From: a virus
Lineage: Duplodnaviria > Caudoviricetes
DNA length: 35,017 bases
Strand: one strand, 5' to 3'
Virus record (IMG/VR): IMGVR_UViG_3300021476_000016
Location: 1 to 35,017 of that record
The notes under the pieces: generated by a model
Database searches by the model: none
What the model was told of the DNA's origin: nothing
The model's input: the letters and a program-made list of their open reading frames with translations, nothing else
Made by a program: the position numbers and the translations under genes
Shown: positions 16,962-28,000 of the stretch, in pieces
Position numbering within the stretch: the first letter of the stretch is position 1
Layout: each line of letters begins with the position of its first letter

Positions 16962-17794
16962 AAAAGTTACTATTACTGCTGTTGTTTACGTTAGTTAGCA
17001 ATGCAGAGGCACAAGTAGGATCTTTTATTTCGCTTCCTAATACGACTTGTGCTAATGATACACGTATTACCACACCTGTAAAAGGCGAGACTGTTTGTTT
17101 CGACTCAGTAACTAATCAATGGCTGGAATGGAGTGGTAGTAGTTGGGTATCACAATTGACATCTCCGACAATTATTACACCCATGTTAACACCTAATGTC
17201 GGAATTGGTACGGGATTTAGTCCGGCAAGTGCGCTTGAAATTAAAGGTACGGGCGGGGACGCCTCACGGGAACGCATCACGGCGACTGGTGTGAACAACG
17301 CTGCCTTTCTTCGTATGTGTTCGAGTGATGGGACGTGTTACGAGCTTACGAAAGACACAGATGGCACGATCTATTTTCGCTCACTCACTGATAATAACAT
17401 TAAATTTCTTATTACTTCCGGTGGCTCAGTAACCCTCGGCGCGCTTGGCTCAACGGGGCTCTCCTCGACGGGCGATCTCGGACTCGCCAATCTCAAAGCC
17501 TATCGAATGCAAGACTCGGGTGGCACATTTCGCTCTGGTATGCAGGTGGACGGTTCGAATAACCTCGACATCGGTGACGTCAACCTCGTGCCTAAGTTCT
17601 TTCCCAACAACGTGCTCGCTTGGACTATGAATACTGATGGCTCGCTCCAGAGTGCGGGTAAAGCGCAGACTTCGCTGCCGGCATCACCCAATGGCTCGAT
17701 CATCTGGTGTACAGACTGTAATGCGAACTGCACCACTAATGGTGGTACTGGAATCTGGTGTAAGCGCGTTGGTGGTGCTTGGGTGAACTTCTAG
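16958..17794 (+). CDS. Tail-fibre-like protein with a signal peptide
   Basis: MKKLLLLLLFTLVSNAEA|Q; P..G...CFDS......W.GSSWV module; NVGIGT..P...LEI fibre repeat; 8 Cys. Confidence 0.75.
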   Translation: MKKLLLLLLFTLVSNAEAQVGSFISLPNTTCANDTRITTPVKGETVCFDSVTNQWLEWSGSSWVSQLTSPTIITPMLTPNVGIGTGFSPASALEIKGTGGDASRERITATGVNNAAFLRMCSSDGTCYELTKDTDGTIYFRSLTDNNIKFLITSGGSVTLGALGSTGLSSTGDLGLANLKAYRMQDSGGTFRSGMQVDGSNNLDIGDVNLVPKFFPNNVLAWTMNTDGSLQSAGKAQTSLPASPNGSIIWCTDCNANCTTNGGTGIWCKRVGGAWVNF

Positions 17795-17796
17795 TA

Positions 17797-18294
17797 ATGG
17801 GCAACGTACTCGGAATTCTTAGTGGTCAAGCCGTCATTGGTGGAAATTTAGCGTCTATTGTTATTACGACTGGTGGTAACTTTACCTCTCCATATCAGGC
17901 TGCGATAACACCAAATTGGAACACAAAAATAGCTAGCATTGTGTATTCACCTACACAAATTACGGTCACATTTGATACTGCCTCACCAGCTTTAGGTGGA
18001 ATCGTAAGTTGGATTGTAGCTGCACCTGGTGCGTCAAACGCATGGACACCTGTCACACCCGCGAGCGTTCAACCATTTTTGGACGGTCAAATAGCTATCC
18101 CACAAGATACGGGGCAAGGTGGTTTTGTTGTAAACTTCACCCCTGCTATAAATGCTTCGTACGAAGTATTCGTAACGCCAAATTGGGATACTACGGTTAA
18201 GGTGTTAGCTAAAAATAATACAAGTTTTACGGTCGCTTTTGGCACGCCCGCGCCAGCTCTGTCTAGTATAGACTGGAGGATAGAATCCCCATGA
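17797..18294 (+). CDS. Virion protein with two tandem homologous beta domains
   Basis: Y...TPNW.T...TV.F.T..PAL...W occurs twice; no Cys; ATG at 17797 follows the upstream stop. Confidence 0.7.
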   Translation: MGNVLGILSGQAVIGGNLASIVITTGGNFTSPYQAAITPNWNTKIASIVYSPTQITVTFDTASPALGGIVSWIVAAPGASNAWTPVTPASVQPFLDGQIAIPQDTGQGGFVVNFTPAINASYEVFVTPNWDTTVKVLAKNNTSFTVAFGTPAPALSSIDWRIESP

Positions 18295-19511
18295 GAAAAC
18301 TTCCACTTTCGTTTGTCTTAATTTTACTATTTTTTAGTGTTGCTTTTGCTACACGTGGTCTAATTATAAGTGAGCAAACTTGTACTGATATAAGTAGTCC
18401 TGAAACAGGTTTAACGTGGTGTTTTGATTCTACTAATGGAGTTATGAAACGGTGGAATGGAACTTCGTGGGTTACTGTAACATTTACAACGACTCCAATT
18501 CCTCCAAGTCAAGGTGGAACTGGCGTCGATACTTCTGCTTCAAATGGTTTACCAACTGTAAATGGAGGTTCTTGGCTCGTTAACACTATTGTAAATGGTG
18601 CTTATGCAAAAGGTGGTCCGAATAATACTATGACGTTCCAAACGACTCCAATTCCTGTTGGAGATGGTGGAACTGGACAAGGGTCGTTCGCTACAGGTTA
18701 TATTAAAAGCGCGAGCGGCGTACTTAGCGCAGTTACGCCAGTGGGAACAATTGACGGTGGTACAGGTCAGAATTGGAGTGCTAGTAACGGAATTCCATTA
18801 CTAACAGGAGGTGTAGCGTCGTTACAGACTACAACAAACGGCAACTACTTAAAAGGTGGTGCTGGAAATACAATAATTAATCAGACAACACCTATTCCGA
18901 TAGGTGATGGTGGAAGTGGGCTTGCAACGTGGACTGCTGGCGCTTATGTCAAAGGTAACGGAGCAAGCGCGCCAACATTTCAGACTACACCTATTCCTGC
19001 AACAGATCTGGGGACTGGAACACCAAATACAGGAACTTTCCTTCGTGGTGATAATACCTGGAAGGCACCAATTTTAACTATAGGACTGGTTGGCTCAAGT
19101 AGTGGTAGTAATTATCAGACAACGAGCACAACTTTTGTAGATGTTGACAGTAGTAATTTAAAAACTACACAAACGACTACTGCAAATAGTACCATTGTCG
19201 TATGGGTCAAATACTCTTTTGTGAGTAGCACTACTGCAAATGCAGACGTCGCATTACTTGTGGATGGCGCAGCTCAAACTCAATTCCAACATATTAACAA
19301 TGGAACTGCAAATCCGACTGGTATTTTTGTTAGATATACAGTATTTAGTGGTCTTTCTGCTGGCTCACACTCATTTTCGTTAGGCTGGCGTGCAGTAGAT
19401 GGTGTTACACTCAACATGGCCAATCAAAGTACAGCTAGTCCTGATGTTAGTGACAATAGTGCAACAGTTAATTCGACACGTCCTGAGATAATTATACAGA
19501 TAATCGGATAA
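18291..19511 (+). CDS. Tail-fibre-like protein with a signal peptide
   Basis: GGAGG SD; MRKLPLSFVLILLFFSVAFA|T; same N-terminal module as 16958..17794; repeated TTPIP...GG[TS]G; TFLRGDNTW; 2 Cys. Confidence 0.8.
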   Translation: MRKLPLSFVLILLFFSVAFATRGLIISEQTCTDISSPETGLTWCFDSTNGVMKRWNGTSWVTVTFTTTPIPPSQGGTGVDTSASNGLPTVNGGSWLVNTIVNGAYAKGGPNNTMTFQTTPIPVGDGGTGQGSFATGYIKSASGVLSAVTPVGTIDGGTGQNWSASNGIPLLTGGVASLQTTTNGNYLKGGAGNTIINQTTPIPIGDGGSGLATWTAGAYVKGNGASAPTFQTTPIPATDLGTGTPNTGTFLRGDNTWKAPILTIGLVGSSSGSNYQTTSTTFVDVDSSNLKTTQTTTANSTIVVWVKYSFVSSTTANADVALLVDGAAQTQFQHINNGTANPTGIFVRYTVFSGLSAGSHSFSLGWRAVDGVTLNMANQSTASPDVSDNSATVNSTRPEIIIQIIG

Positions 19512-19948
19512 TGCCTAGACCAGTCAAACCTTCGCTACTTCAACTGCCACAACAACCTACTGACATCGACCACGTAGTCGGATGGGCACGTGACTTGTCT
19601 GATTCTTTAACGGACTTTTTTGGAAAAAATCTACTCGAAGCTGCTGATAGACTTTTAGATGCAAAACATCAAGTTGTTCAGCAGTTGAACGCTGGATTTA
19701 CAATCACACCTATTGAGTCATTTGTACCTGTTATATCTTTGGCTAACGTGTCCTCAGATCCTGTTAACGCTATCAAAAAAGGTCGTGATGGACAATATGT
19801 TACGCTGCATAATCAGGGTAGTTTTAGTGTTACAATTTTGCATAGTGCTAATGTTGTAGGTACAGCGTCCGATATTACAATTGCACCTCTAGCTGCAATT
19901 CTAGTCATATGGCATGATTTACTACAACATTGGGTCAAAATTACATGA
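19511..19948 (+). CDS. Putative tail-associated structural protein
   Basis: TAATG coupling; helical N-terminus and a DGQ.VTL.N..S..VTI beta module. Confidence 0.65.
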   Translation: MPRPVKPSLLQLPQQPTDIDHVVGWARDLSDSLTDFFGKNLLEAADRLLDAKHQVVQQLNAGFTITPIESFVPVISLANVSSDPVNAIKKGRDGQYVTLHNQGSFSVTILHSANVVGTASDITIAPLAAILVIWHDLLQHWVKIT

Positions 19949-21474
19949 GTGTATTTTATCGAACTGTTATGCCATGTAACGGTGGTGTTAATTCATTTAG
20001 AAAGCCACATTTGTTAAATGACAACGAGTGGGTGACTCTAACGCAAATGCGGTCGCGTGGTGGTAGTATTGTGAACTTCCCAGGTTGGAAGCGTTTATTC
20101 GCTGGTGCAAATGTTAATTCTTTTGGTACTCTAATAGCTGAGTATGTACAAAACGATTCGACTACATTTTTACTTTTCGGCGGGAGCGGTAAAATTTATC
20201 TATTTAATAGTGTGACACAAACTATAACCGATATAAGTGGTGGGCTTGTTTTTGGTGCTACACGTGATGAGCCTTGGACTTGGATGGTTTACAATGATCA
20301 ATTATATTTGATGAACAAACAGGATGGAATGTGTAAATTTAATGGTATTGGAAATATTCAACAAATAGCTTTGACACCACGGGCGCGATCCATAAATGTT
20401 TTAAACAACCATATTTGTGTATTGAATGTAGTAAATGATCCGGCAATAATGGCAAACCCAGGTGGTCCAACTACTTTTATGTGGGCAGCAGAAGCCAGTG
20501 ACATAGCCTGGCTAGTTACACCGAACACAACTACAGATCAGGGTCAATTTGACTTGTCATTTACTCCTGACATCGGAATGGCACTTAATCCTCTTGGTAT
20601 TGATCTCATAGCTTATAAAGAAGACTCACTTGTAGACATCGCTTTTGTAGGTGGTAACGAAGTTTTTGGTATTAGGAACGAGATTGATGGGTTCGGTATT
20701 GTCTCACCTTATGGTAGTGTGGCAGTTGAAACAGGACATTTGAATATGGGACAGGATCGTTTTTGGGGCTATCAGGGCGGTGTACAAGTCGACGATGAGA
20801 TTGGGCTTCCAATTCGTGCTAACGTATTCAATAATTTACATCCCACGCTTCGTACGCGTGTACGATCCGCATACATATCCGCAACGCATGAAGCATTGTT
20901 TATGTATCCGTCACTTGCAGCAGTAACTGATCCTGACACTTGTGTTATTTACAACGATGAAGAAAAGTTGTGGTACGGTCCGTTTCCTATTGACTGTTCT
21001 ATGGCATTAGGAGCTGAAAGACGTAAAACCTCTTTTACAGTACCTGAGGGAATTTTTATAAAAAGTGGTGGTAATATTGAAGAAATTGATGAGTTACAAC
21101 AAGCCGATGACAGTGTAAATTTGACGCGTGTAATTGAAAGTTGTGACATAAGCCCACGTGCGGCTGCTGTAGCAGCTACTGGACAAATTATTGCACTACC
21201 TATGGGTGTTATCTGTCAGGTTAATTTTGTGTGGTTGGAAATTGAGTCAAGTTCGGGAGTTGCACAGCTTCAAGTTGGGTATAAAATGGACTTAGGAGTA
21301 CCTATTGCGTTCACTCCATTTATCAACATAGATTTAACAGGCAAAAGCACTATTCAAGTTGCTGTTCCGCGCCCAATAGGTCGTTGGTATCGTATTCGAC
21401 TTACAATGCCCCTGAGCACTATCTTAGTGCTTAACGGTTACCAATACGAATTCGCAATAGTGGGGATGAGATAA
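19945..21474 (+). CDS. Putative tail nozzle / DNA-stabilisation protein (P22 gp10 / T7 gp12-like)
   Basis: About 510 aa; GGVN N-terminal motif, propeller-like repeats, GRWYRIRL C-terminus; precedes the ejection genes; ATGA overlap at 19945. Confidence 0.75.
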   Translation: MSVFYRTVMPCNGGVNSFRKPHLLNDNEWVTLTQMRSRGGSIVNFPGWKRLFAGANVNSFGTLIAEYVQNDSTTFLLFGGSGKIYLFNSVTQTITDISGGLVFGATRDEPWTWMVYNDQLYLMNKQDGMCKFNGIGNIQQIALTPRARSINVLNNHICVLNVVNDPAIMANPGGPTTFMWAAEASDIAWLVTPNTTTDQGQFDLSFTPDIGMALNPLGIDLIAYKEDSLVDIAFVGGNEVFGIRNEIDGFGIVSPYGSVAVETGHLNMGQDRFWGYQGGVQVDDEIGLPIRANVFNNLHPTLRTRVRSAYISATHEALFMYPSLAAVTDPDTCVIYNDEEKLWYGPFPIDCSMALGAERRKTSFTVPEGIFIKSGGNIEEIDELQQADDSVNLTRVIESCDISPRAAAVAATGQIIALPMGVICQVNFVWLEIESSSGVAQLQVGYKMDLGVPIAFTPFINIDLTGKSTIQVAVPRPIGRWYRIRLTMPLSTILVLNGYQYEFAIVGMR

Positions 21475-21475
21475 A

Positions 21476-22276
21476 ATGGGTGGAAGTGGCGGCGGAACCA
21501 CCACAACATCTAGTCAATCACCAGCACAACTTCTGCCACAAGCTGCACAGGGTTACAGCGCGGCGCAAGACTATTATCAGGGAATTCTAGGAAATCCACC
21601 TATTTATGGTGGTCCTCGTGTGGCGTCACAATCACCTTACACCGCAGCAGGAATTACACAGACCGGTGAAACATTAGGTGCTCCAACAGATGTACAGACT
21701 ACAACAAATCAACAATTAGCTGATACAGAGAGTGGCGCATATCTAAGTGGTCCACAAGCCCAGGATGCTGTCGCTGGACTTTCGCAACCTATTTTCCAGA
21801 ACTTTACACAAAGTGTCTTACCTGGCATAAGAGATCAAGCACAATTTACTGGCCAAGGCGTAAATTCAACACGTCGTGATTTAGCAACATCTAATGCAGT
21901 AAATCAATTAGGACAAGGATTAGGCGCGGGCGCTGTTGCCCCAATTTATACTTCTGAACGTGCGAATATGACTAATGCAGCGAAAATTGCACCTTCAACA
22001 ATAGCTTCGGAAAACCTACGTCTAGGTGCGCTTGAGCAAGCTGGAAATCTTGAACAACAACAAGCTCAATCTGAGATAACGGCACAACAACAAGCATTTG
22101 AGGAGCCTATATTCAGACAAGGCGCTGCTGCAGGAAGTCTGTTGGGTGCAGGACAGGCTTCACCTGGAAACAATGTAACGACACAACAACAGACGTTGTC
22201 TGGAAAGCAGCAGACTAGTTCAGCAATAGGTGAGGCTGCTTCAGTTGCTACAATTGCTGCGGTGTTGCTGGCGTGA
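21476..22276 (+). CDS. Putative internal virion / DNA ejection protein
   Basis: MGGSGGGTTT start, Gln/Ala/Gly-rich, hydrophobic C-terminus, position after the nozzle. Confidence 0.65.
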   Translation: MGGSGGGTTTTSSQSPAQLLPQAAQGYSAAQDYYQGILGNPPIYGGPRVASQSPYTAAGITQTGETLGAPTDVQTTTNQQLADTESGAYLSGPQAQDAVAGLSQPIFQNFTQSVLPGIRDQAQFTGQGVNSTRRDLATSNAVNQLGQGLGAGAVAPIYTSERANMTNAAKIAPSTIASENLRLGALEQAGNLEQQQAQSEITAQQQAFEEPIFRQGAAAGSLLGAGQASPGNNVTTQQQTLSGKQQTSSAIGEAASVATIAAVLLA

Positions 22277-22734
22277 GAAAGCTATCTTACGTCTCGTTGG
22301 ATAATAAACGGGATTTAGAAACGTGGTTTGACGACTTATGTGAAAGCGCCCGTGCTATGGTGCGACGCACAGGTGGTCATGGTGCGACAGCAGAAGGTAT
22401 TATCAAAACCATGTTTACCATGATCGGACGTAACGACTATTATCTACTAATCTGTGTAGATGCAGAAACTCATGAGTTTTTAGGTTTTCTACACGCCATT
22501 CTTACAACTTATGACGTACCTTATTGGGTTGACTTTTTAGCTCTATACACCAAACCTGGTGTAGCAAAACAAGCCAAAAACGAAGTTTTTGAAATGTTAT
22601 GTGCGTGGGCACGTTCTATGGGTGCTGTACGTATTATGACAACAGTGACAAGATCACCATTACGCTTCTACAAATGGTTTCATAAACCTTTAGGCTTCAC
22701 GTTCGCGGGTGTCCTCCTGGAGGTCAAGATATGA
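22273..22734 (+). CDS. GNAT-fold acetyltransferase-like protein
   Basis: FLGF...ALYTKP...WARSMGAVRI...LGF pattern; such genes commonly sit beside podovirus ejection genes. Confidence 0.65.
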   Translation: MRKLSYVSLDNKRDLETWFDDLCESARAMVRRTGGHGATAEGIIKTMFTMIGRNDYYLLICVDAETHEFLGFLHAILTTYDVPYWVDFLALYTKPGVAKQAKNEVFEMLCAWARSMGAVRIMTTVTRSPLRFYKWFHKPLGFTFAGVLLEVKI

Positions 22735-23033
22735 GTCCTGAAAATCCATCGCTCTACGCAGCAGGACAACCAAACGCGCCTTTGGCGAATCCTATTTTTG
22801 GAAGTAGTAATCCTGCATTGAACGCTCCTGGCGCACCAGGAACTCAAAACTCACTAATGCAATCTATGATGTTATTGAATGCGTTGAAGAAGAATAGTGG
22901 AGGTAGTGGAGGACTCGGTTTGCTGGGCAAACTCCAAGGTCTTGGAGGTGGTGGTGGCGGTGGCGATGATACGAGTACTGGTTCGATAAGTGGGGGCGCA
23001 CCCGACGCTGCTAGCGCCACAACGGGACCTTAA
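22731..23033 (+). CDS. Small Gly-rich low-complexity protein, possibly internal virion
   Basis: GGAGG SD and ATGA overlap. Confidence 0.65.
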   Translation: MSPENPSLYAAGQPNAPLANPIFGSSNPALNAPGAPGTQNSLMQSMMLLNALKKNSGGSGGLGLLGKLQGLGGGGGGGDDTSTGSISGGAPDAASATTGP

Positions 23034-23034
23034 T

Positions 23035-23433
23035 ATGAGTGTGTTGAATAGAGGTGGAATGGGAGTTAGACCAGGTGCTCAAAGACCTGGTATGAATCGT
23101 CCTATTTTTGGTGGTGCAACACCACCAACAACACCATTTGGAGGCGGTCCTACCACAGCTAATCCACTTGTAAAACGTCTAGAGGGACAACAAACTCCAC
23201 TTCCAACTGGACAACAATTTAATCCTGGAAACACAGGACAACTTCCACCTGGCGCACGAATTGCTGGCGGTAATTGGTTTGATGCACAAGGTAATTTGTT
23301 ACAATTTAATCCTCAGACGGGGATATGGGGAGTCGCACCTCCGGCACCACCGCCTGCACCACCTTCGGCACCAATGCCTGCTCCAATATTTGGTGATAAT
23401 GGCGGTGGTGGTGGGAGTACGGACGCACCATAA
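23035..23433 (+). CDS. Pro/Gly-rich low-complexity protein
   Basis: ATG 1 nt after the upstream stop (in frame with track ORF 22990); TAATG coupling to the next gene. Confidence 0.65.
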   Translation: MSVLNRGGMGVRPGAQRPGMNRPIFGGATPPTTPFGGGPTTANPLVKRLEGQQTPLPTGQQFNPGNTGQLPPGARIAGGNWFDAQGNLLQFNPQTGIWGVAPPAPPPAPPSAPMPAPIFGDNGGGGGSTDAP

Positions 23434-25043
23434 TGGGTGGCAAACATACTGTCGCACCTGGAACTTACTCAGGTACAAGCACTTCCGATCAACTCTATAA
23501 GATTCTTATGCTTAAGAATCTTATGGGACAACGGAGTCTGTTAGGTGAAAAAGCGCTTGAAGATATTAACGTCAAAGAGCAAACTCAACGAACGCGTGGT
23601 ATTGCAGAATCTGAAAAGCTTTATCAGACTGATGTGGAAGCCGAGAGTGGAATACCATTTAGTGAAGCGCGTCCAATTTACGCGAAGGCGGAAAGTGAGT
23701 ATCCTGTTGGAAGTGAAATATCCGTCACAAGTCCAAAACGTCCAGGATTTTTCGCAAGAACTTTCAGAGGTGAGGAAGCCACACCTGGTGGGGTCTCAAT
23801 TGACCCAAAGGTGCGAGAGGGACGTCAGGCACGTTTGCGAGGTCTTACTGGAGAAGCTCGAGCCGCAGCAGTTGAAGAAGCTAGAGCCAGGTATGGTGAC
23901 GAATTTGCAGCAGAGATTGCGCGACGGCCAGACCTTGTTCCCTCCAGTAAACTAACGGACGTTTACGAAAAGGAGTTCAAGGCTAAGGGAGAGGCATCTA
24001 AAGCTAAGAAAGAGGAAGCAGAAGCTGGTATAAAGACGGAAGAAGCTAAGACTTATTCTACTTTTCGTTCCGCTCAAGTACGAAGAGAAGAGGCAGGCGC
24101 TTCTGCAGAAGAAACCAAAGCAAAATATGCACCTCATCTTGCTGATCTTGAGATGCAATTAAAACAAGCTCAAATTAACAAAGATGAGGCGGAGACTAAT
24201 AAGATTAATCTCGAAATTAAAAAAGCACAACGTGAAGCTGCCAATGCTAAACGTATTGATGATTTACGTGATGGTTATCAAAAGGAAGTGGATCCAAATA
24301 GAAAACAAGGTATGTTACGTGAAATTGCTGTTTTGAACGGACACGAGGTTGGAGTTCTTGAGGCACGTCCGAAAGCATTGAACGAGTATGCTCGTTTGAC
24401 TATGTCTACAGAAGCTAGAGAAGTAGAGGCCTCGCTTCCTGCCGCATTCAAGACCAATGACCCAACTAGAATCGCTATGGAAGTTGACCGTTACAACAGA
24501 GGTAATTTTGCAGCGGGACAAGTTATTGAGTCTACAACTACTAATCTTGTAGGTGTGGGTCGTGAAGAGGGTATTACAGGGACATCTTACAAAATGTCGC
24601 GATCGACTGTCTCAACACCTACTGCACGTATGTATATAAATGGTGATTTACAGCGTGCTGCTATGGGTAAAGGTGGTGAGTATGTTGACATTGATGGACA
24701 AGTTAAATCTGTTAGTAGTGCCCAGGCGTTGGCAAAACTAGCTGCAATAGATCAGGCTTATGTAGGAAGACCTCAGGATAATCCACGTCCTTATTTGGAT
24801 TATATAAACAAGTTCCCAGCGAGTCCTGAGGTTAAGGCGCAGGCTACGGCTATAATTGAGAAATCAATTAGTGATGTTACACCTAAAATAGCACCTGAAG
24901 TACAGGATCCGGAAGCGAAGAGAATAGAGGGTATAAAGGATCCTTTTGCAAAGGACAGAGCGAGATTACAGCAAGGATATGAAAAACTAAAGAAATATGT
25001 TCCAGAAGTGCCTAGAGGTTTGGGTGGAATAGCTACAGAATGA
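23433..25043 (+). CDS. Putative internal virion / ejection protein, coiled-coil
   Basis: 536 aa, Glu/Ala/Lys-rich helical, positioned before the largest ORF. Confidence 0.65.
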   Translation: MGGKHTVAPGTYSGTSTSDQLYKILMLKNLMGQRSLLGEKALEDINVKEQTQRTRGIAESEKLYQTDVEAESGIPFSEARPIYAKAESEYPVGSEISVTSPKRPGFFARTFRGEEATPGGVSIDPKVREGRQARLRGLTGEARAAAVEEARARYGDEFAAEIARRPDLVPSSKLTDVYEKEFKAKGEASKAKKEEAEAGIKTEEAKTYSTFRSAQVRREEAGASAEETKAKYAPHLADLEMQLKQAQINKDEAETNKINLEIKKAQREAANAKRIDDLRDGYQKEVDPNRKQGMLREIAVLNGHEVGVLEARPKALNEYARLTMSTEAREVEASLPAAFKTNDPTRIAMEVDRYNRGNFAAGQVIESTTTNLVGVGREEGITGTSYKMSRSTVSTPTARMYINGDLQRAAMGKGGEYVDIDGQVKSVSSAQALAKLAAIDQAYVGRPQDNPRPYLDYINKFPASPEVKAQATAIIEKSISDVTPKIAPEVQDPEAKRIEGIKDPFAKDRARLQQGYEKLKKYVPEVPRGLGGIATE

Positions 25044-28000
25044 CAGGCGAAGAAGAGTTTAACGATCCATTTCAGCTCCTGAAGGCAGAAGCTGAGCCCG
25101 TCCCTGCGCAAGGTGCGAAAAGATTCGTGCAGTTAGGTGTAAAAGGTGCGACTTTAGGTTTACTTGGGCCAAAAACGCCCGCGCGTACTATTCCAGAGTC
25201 TTTAACAGAGTTCGCTGGTAGTGTACCGACCATTGCTGCTGTGTCTTCAGTCGCTGGTCCGACCGTAGGTGCGGGGCTACGGGCACTCAAGTTGCCATTG
25301 GGCGCCACTGGGGCTAGGATAGCTGCAGCAGGGCTAACAGGTGCGGCTACAGGGGCCTTAGAAGGCGCTAGGGAAGGCAAAATAGGCTCGGAAGCAGCTA
25401 AGAGCGCTGCAATTTTTGCTGCGACAGAAACGGGAATACTTGGTGTAGGAAAAGCTTTGGCGAGTCTTAAAGCTGCACCTGCAACACGTACTGTGATTGA
25501 GGATGGTCCAGGACGTGCGGCAGCGTTACAAAGTGCGACTCAACGGGCGCCAGACTTACCACCTGTACAGGCTGAACTTCCATTAGGGGAAGTTCCGGGA
25601 AAACAACAATCGTTTGACTTTTATCCCGCTCCATTCGTTAAAAGCAAGACCTTTACTAATTATCGTGATGAGTACGGTGCGCCACTTGGTCCTGACGTAT
25701 TGGCTACGCAAGGTAGTGAGGAGATTCGTAAGGGCATTAAAATTGAACAAGAATTTCAAAAGACTTTACCTAGAGGTAGATTCGAAGGAGTCGAAAGCAA
25801 CTATCGAAGTGCGCTCGAAAAACAACAAGCTGAATTAATCGACCAACATTTTGAAAGGGGAATTGATCCTGCAAGCGGTTTACCGACTCTAACACCTAAA
25901 ACTGATCTAGGTGTTCAGGCGCTGAACAAGGCGATTTTGGAACGTCCTAGTCAACTTGAATTACCTTTGACTAATGAACAGATGAGTTTGTTAACTACTG
26001 AACCAAGTGTTAGGGCAAAATTTGACATTGAAAAGGAAAGGGCACCACTTTTAACTGGTGAGCTCGTCAAACAACCTGAAGAAGTTGTTGAAAGAATTAT
26101 TGAGGCTGACCCTGTTGTTCCAGTTAACAGATTAATAAGTATAAGCGAACTTGCTCAAAGACCCACAGTACAAGAAGCAATACAAGATGTTAAAAAAGCA
26201 CTAGGTGAAGCACCTGAAGACGCTCGTTTTGTGCGCTACAAGCCTGGAACGCCTAAGTCCCCGAACGTTGAAAGCATTGTTGAACATTATGCACCTTTTG
26301 CAGAACAACCGAAATTTGAGGGTCCACCTAAATTTGAAAAACCACCAGGTTTTAAAGAAAAGAATAAGTTTATTGAACAACAAAAGAAATTAGGAACCGA
26401 TGTAAGTGGACTTGAGGGAAAACCACCTATTTCAGGTAGTTCCGATGTTGAAGTCTTGAACTTAGGTGACCCAACCGAAGTAGGTCCTAATGTTGCAACT
26501 TCACGTGCTAAAACTGGTATTCTCGGTTATGTACGTGTCGCACGTAAAGCGTGGGGTGACGAGTTTGGTGTTAAAGTTATTGACCCGATTTTACGTGAAA
26601 ATATAAAAGTTGAGAATTTTAAAAATAAAGCTTATCGTGAAGCCTTAGATATCATTAAACCATTAGTAATTGGACCAATCGAGCAATTCAAAAATCGTCT
26701 TTGGGGATTACCTCAACACATTAGTGAGCGGTTAGAGACCTTGATACGACAAACTGACACTAATGGTCGTTACATTGGTCCTACGGGTTCTGTTACGGAC
26801 GTTGAAAAAACAACTGTTGAAGGTCTAAGAAAATGGTTTAACAAATATGGCGAAAAATTCGGTGTAGATCCTGATCTATGGATCAATTACTATCGTCAAT
26901 TGTTAAAGGACAGGCCCGGGGGTATTTTAAGGACTCCTATAGGCTCACCTTTAGACGAGCAGTTTCGCGCCCGTTTAAAAACCGGCAAAAATGAGGCATT
27001 CTACAATGAATTTGAGCGCAAAGGAACTATACTTCAATCTGCTCCTACTATTAGTGACTCTATCCGTTCTTTCATCAACGCAGGAACTCGTTCTACAATG
27101 CTTAAACCTTATTTGGAACTCATGGACATTCAAGCAAATAATTATTTTAATCCGAGACTTGCTAAAACACCTGTAGGTGACATTGTGATAACCAATGATA
27201 AAGTCGGATTTCAACTATGGAAGGAGTTTAAGGATACACTTCTGGGAGGTGTAACACCAACTGATGTGGCACTTACAAACTCACTTCAACGCTTTGGTAA
27301 CCTCTTTGGAAAGCAAATTAGTCCGCGGGCCGCGTACCAAATTTCCCAGACTCTTTCGAGTTTGTCCTACGGTGGTGCAATGGGTTCTCCTTTGGGTGGT
27401 CGTCCTGGTACTATCATACGTCGCATTTTACATACTGTACCTTCTTTCTCTGAGTTGGGTGCTAAATTCACCATGATAGGATTAAAAGATGGAATGAAGC
27501 CTGGTCAACTTGCACGTTACCAGGAAAAGGGGTTGATAAGTTCGCCGTGGGAGAATCTCCTTAGACAGATGGACATCGCGTCTAAGACAGGTAGGGTTGT
27601 CAATGAGACGACGAAAGCCAGTTTGCAATTGTTCACCGCGATCGATCATTATATGCGTGTTGCTACGCTTGCTGGTTCAGAAGCAAAATTCAAAGATTAC
27701 ATCACGCGAGGTGCTTTTGAGAAACTCGGTATGCGGCGTGCACTCAAGGATGAGCTTCGACCATTGGTGGCGGCTGGCAAGACTGAAGAAGCGATGGACA
27801 GATATATGTTTGAAAACATAGCTAATTTACAATATATTTATGAACGTGCAGCACGGCCCGCGCTCATGAAAGGTGCAGTGGGTAATTTACTCAATATGTT
27901 CATGACATTTCCTCTAAATACAATGGAGTTATGGGGTACGTTTGGAAAAAGAGCTATTGAAGGTGATCCTATGCCCCTAGCTCGTCTAATGATGAGCACC

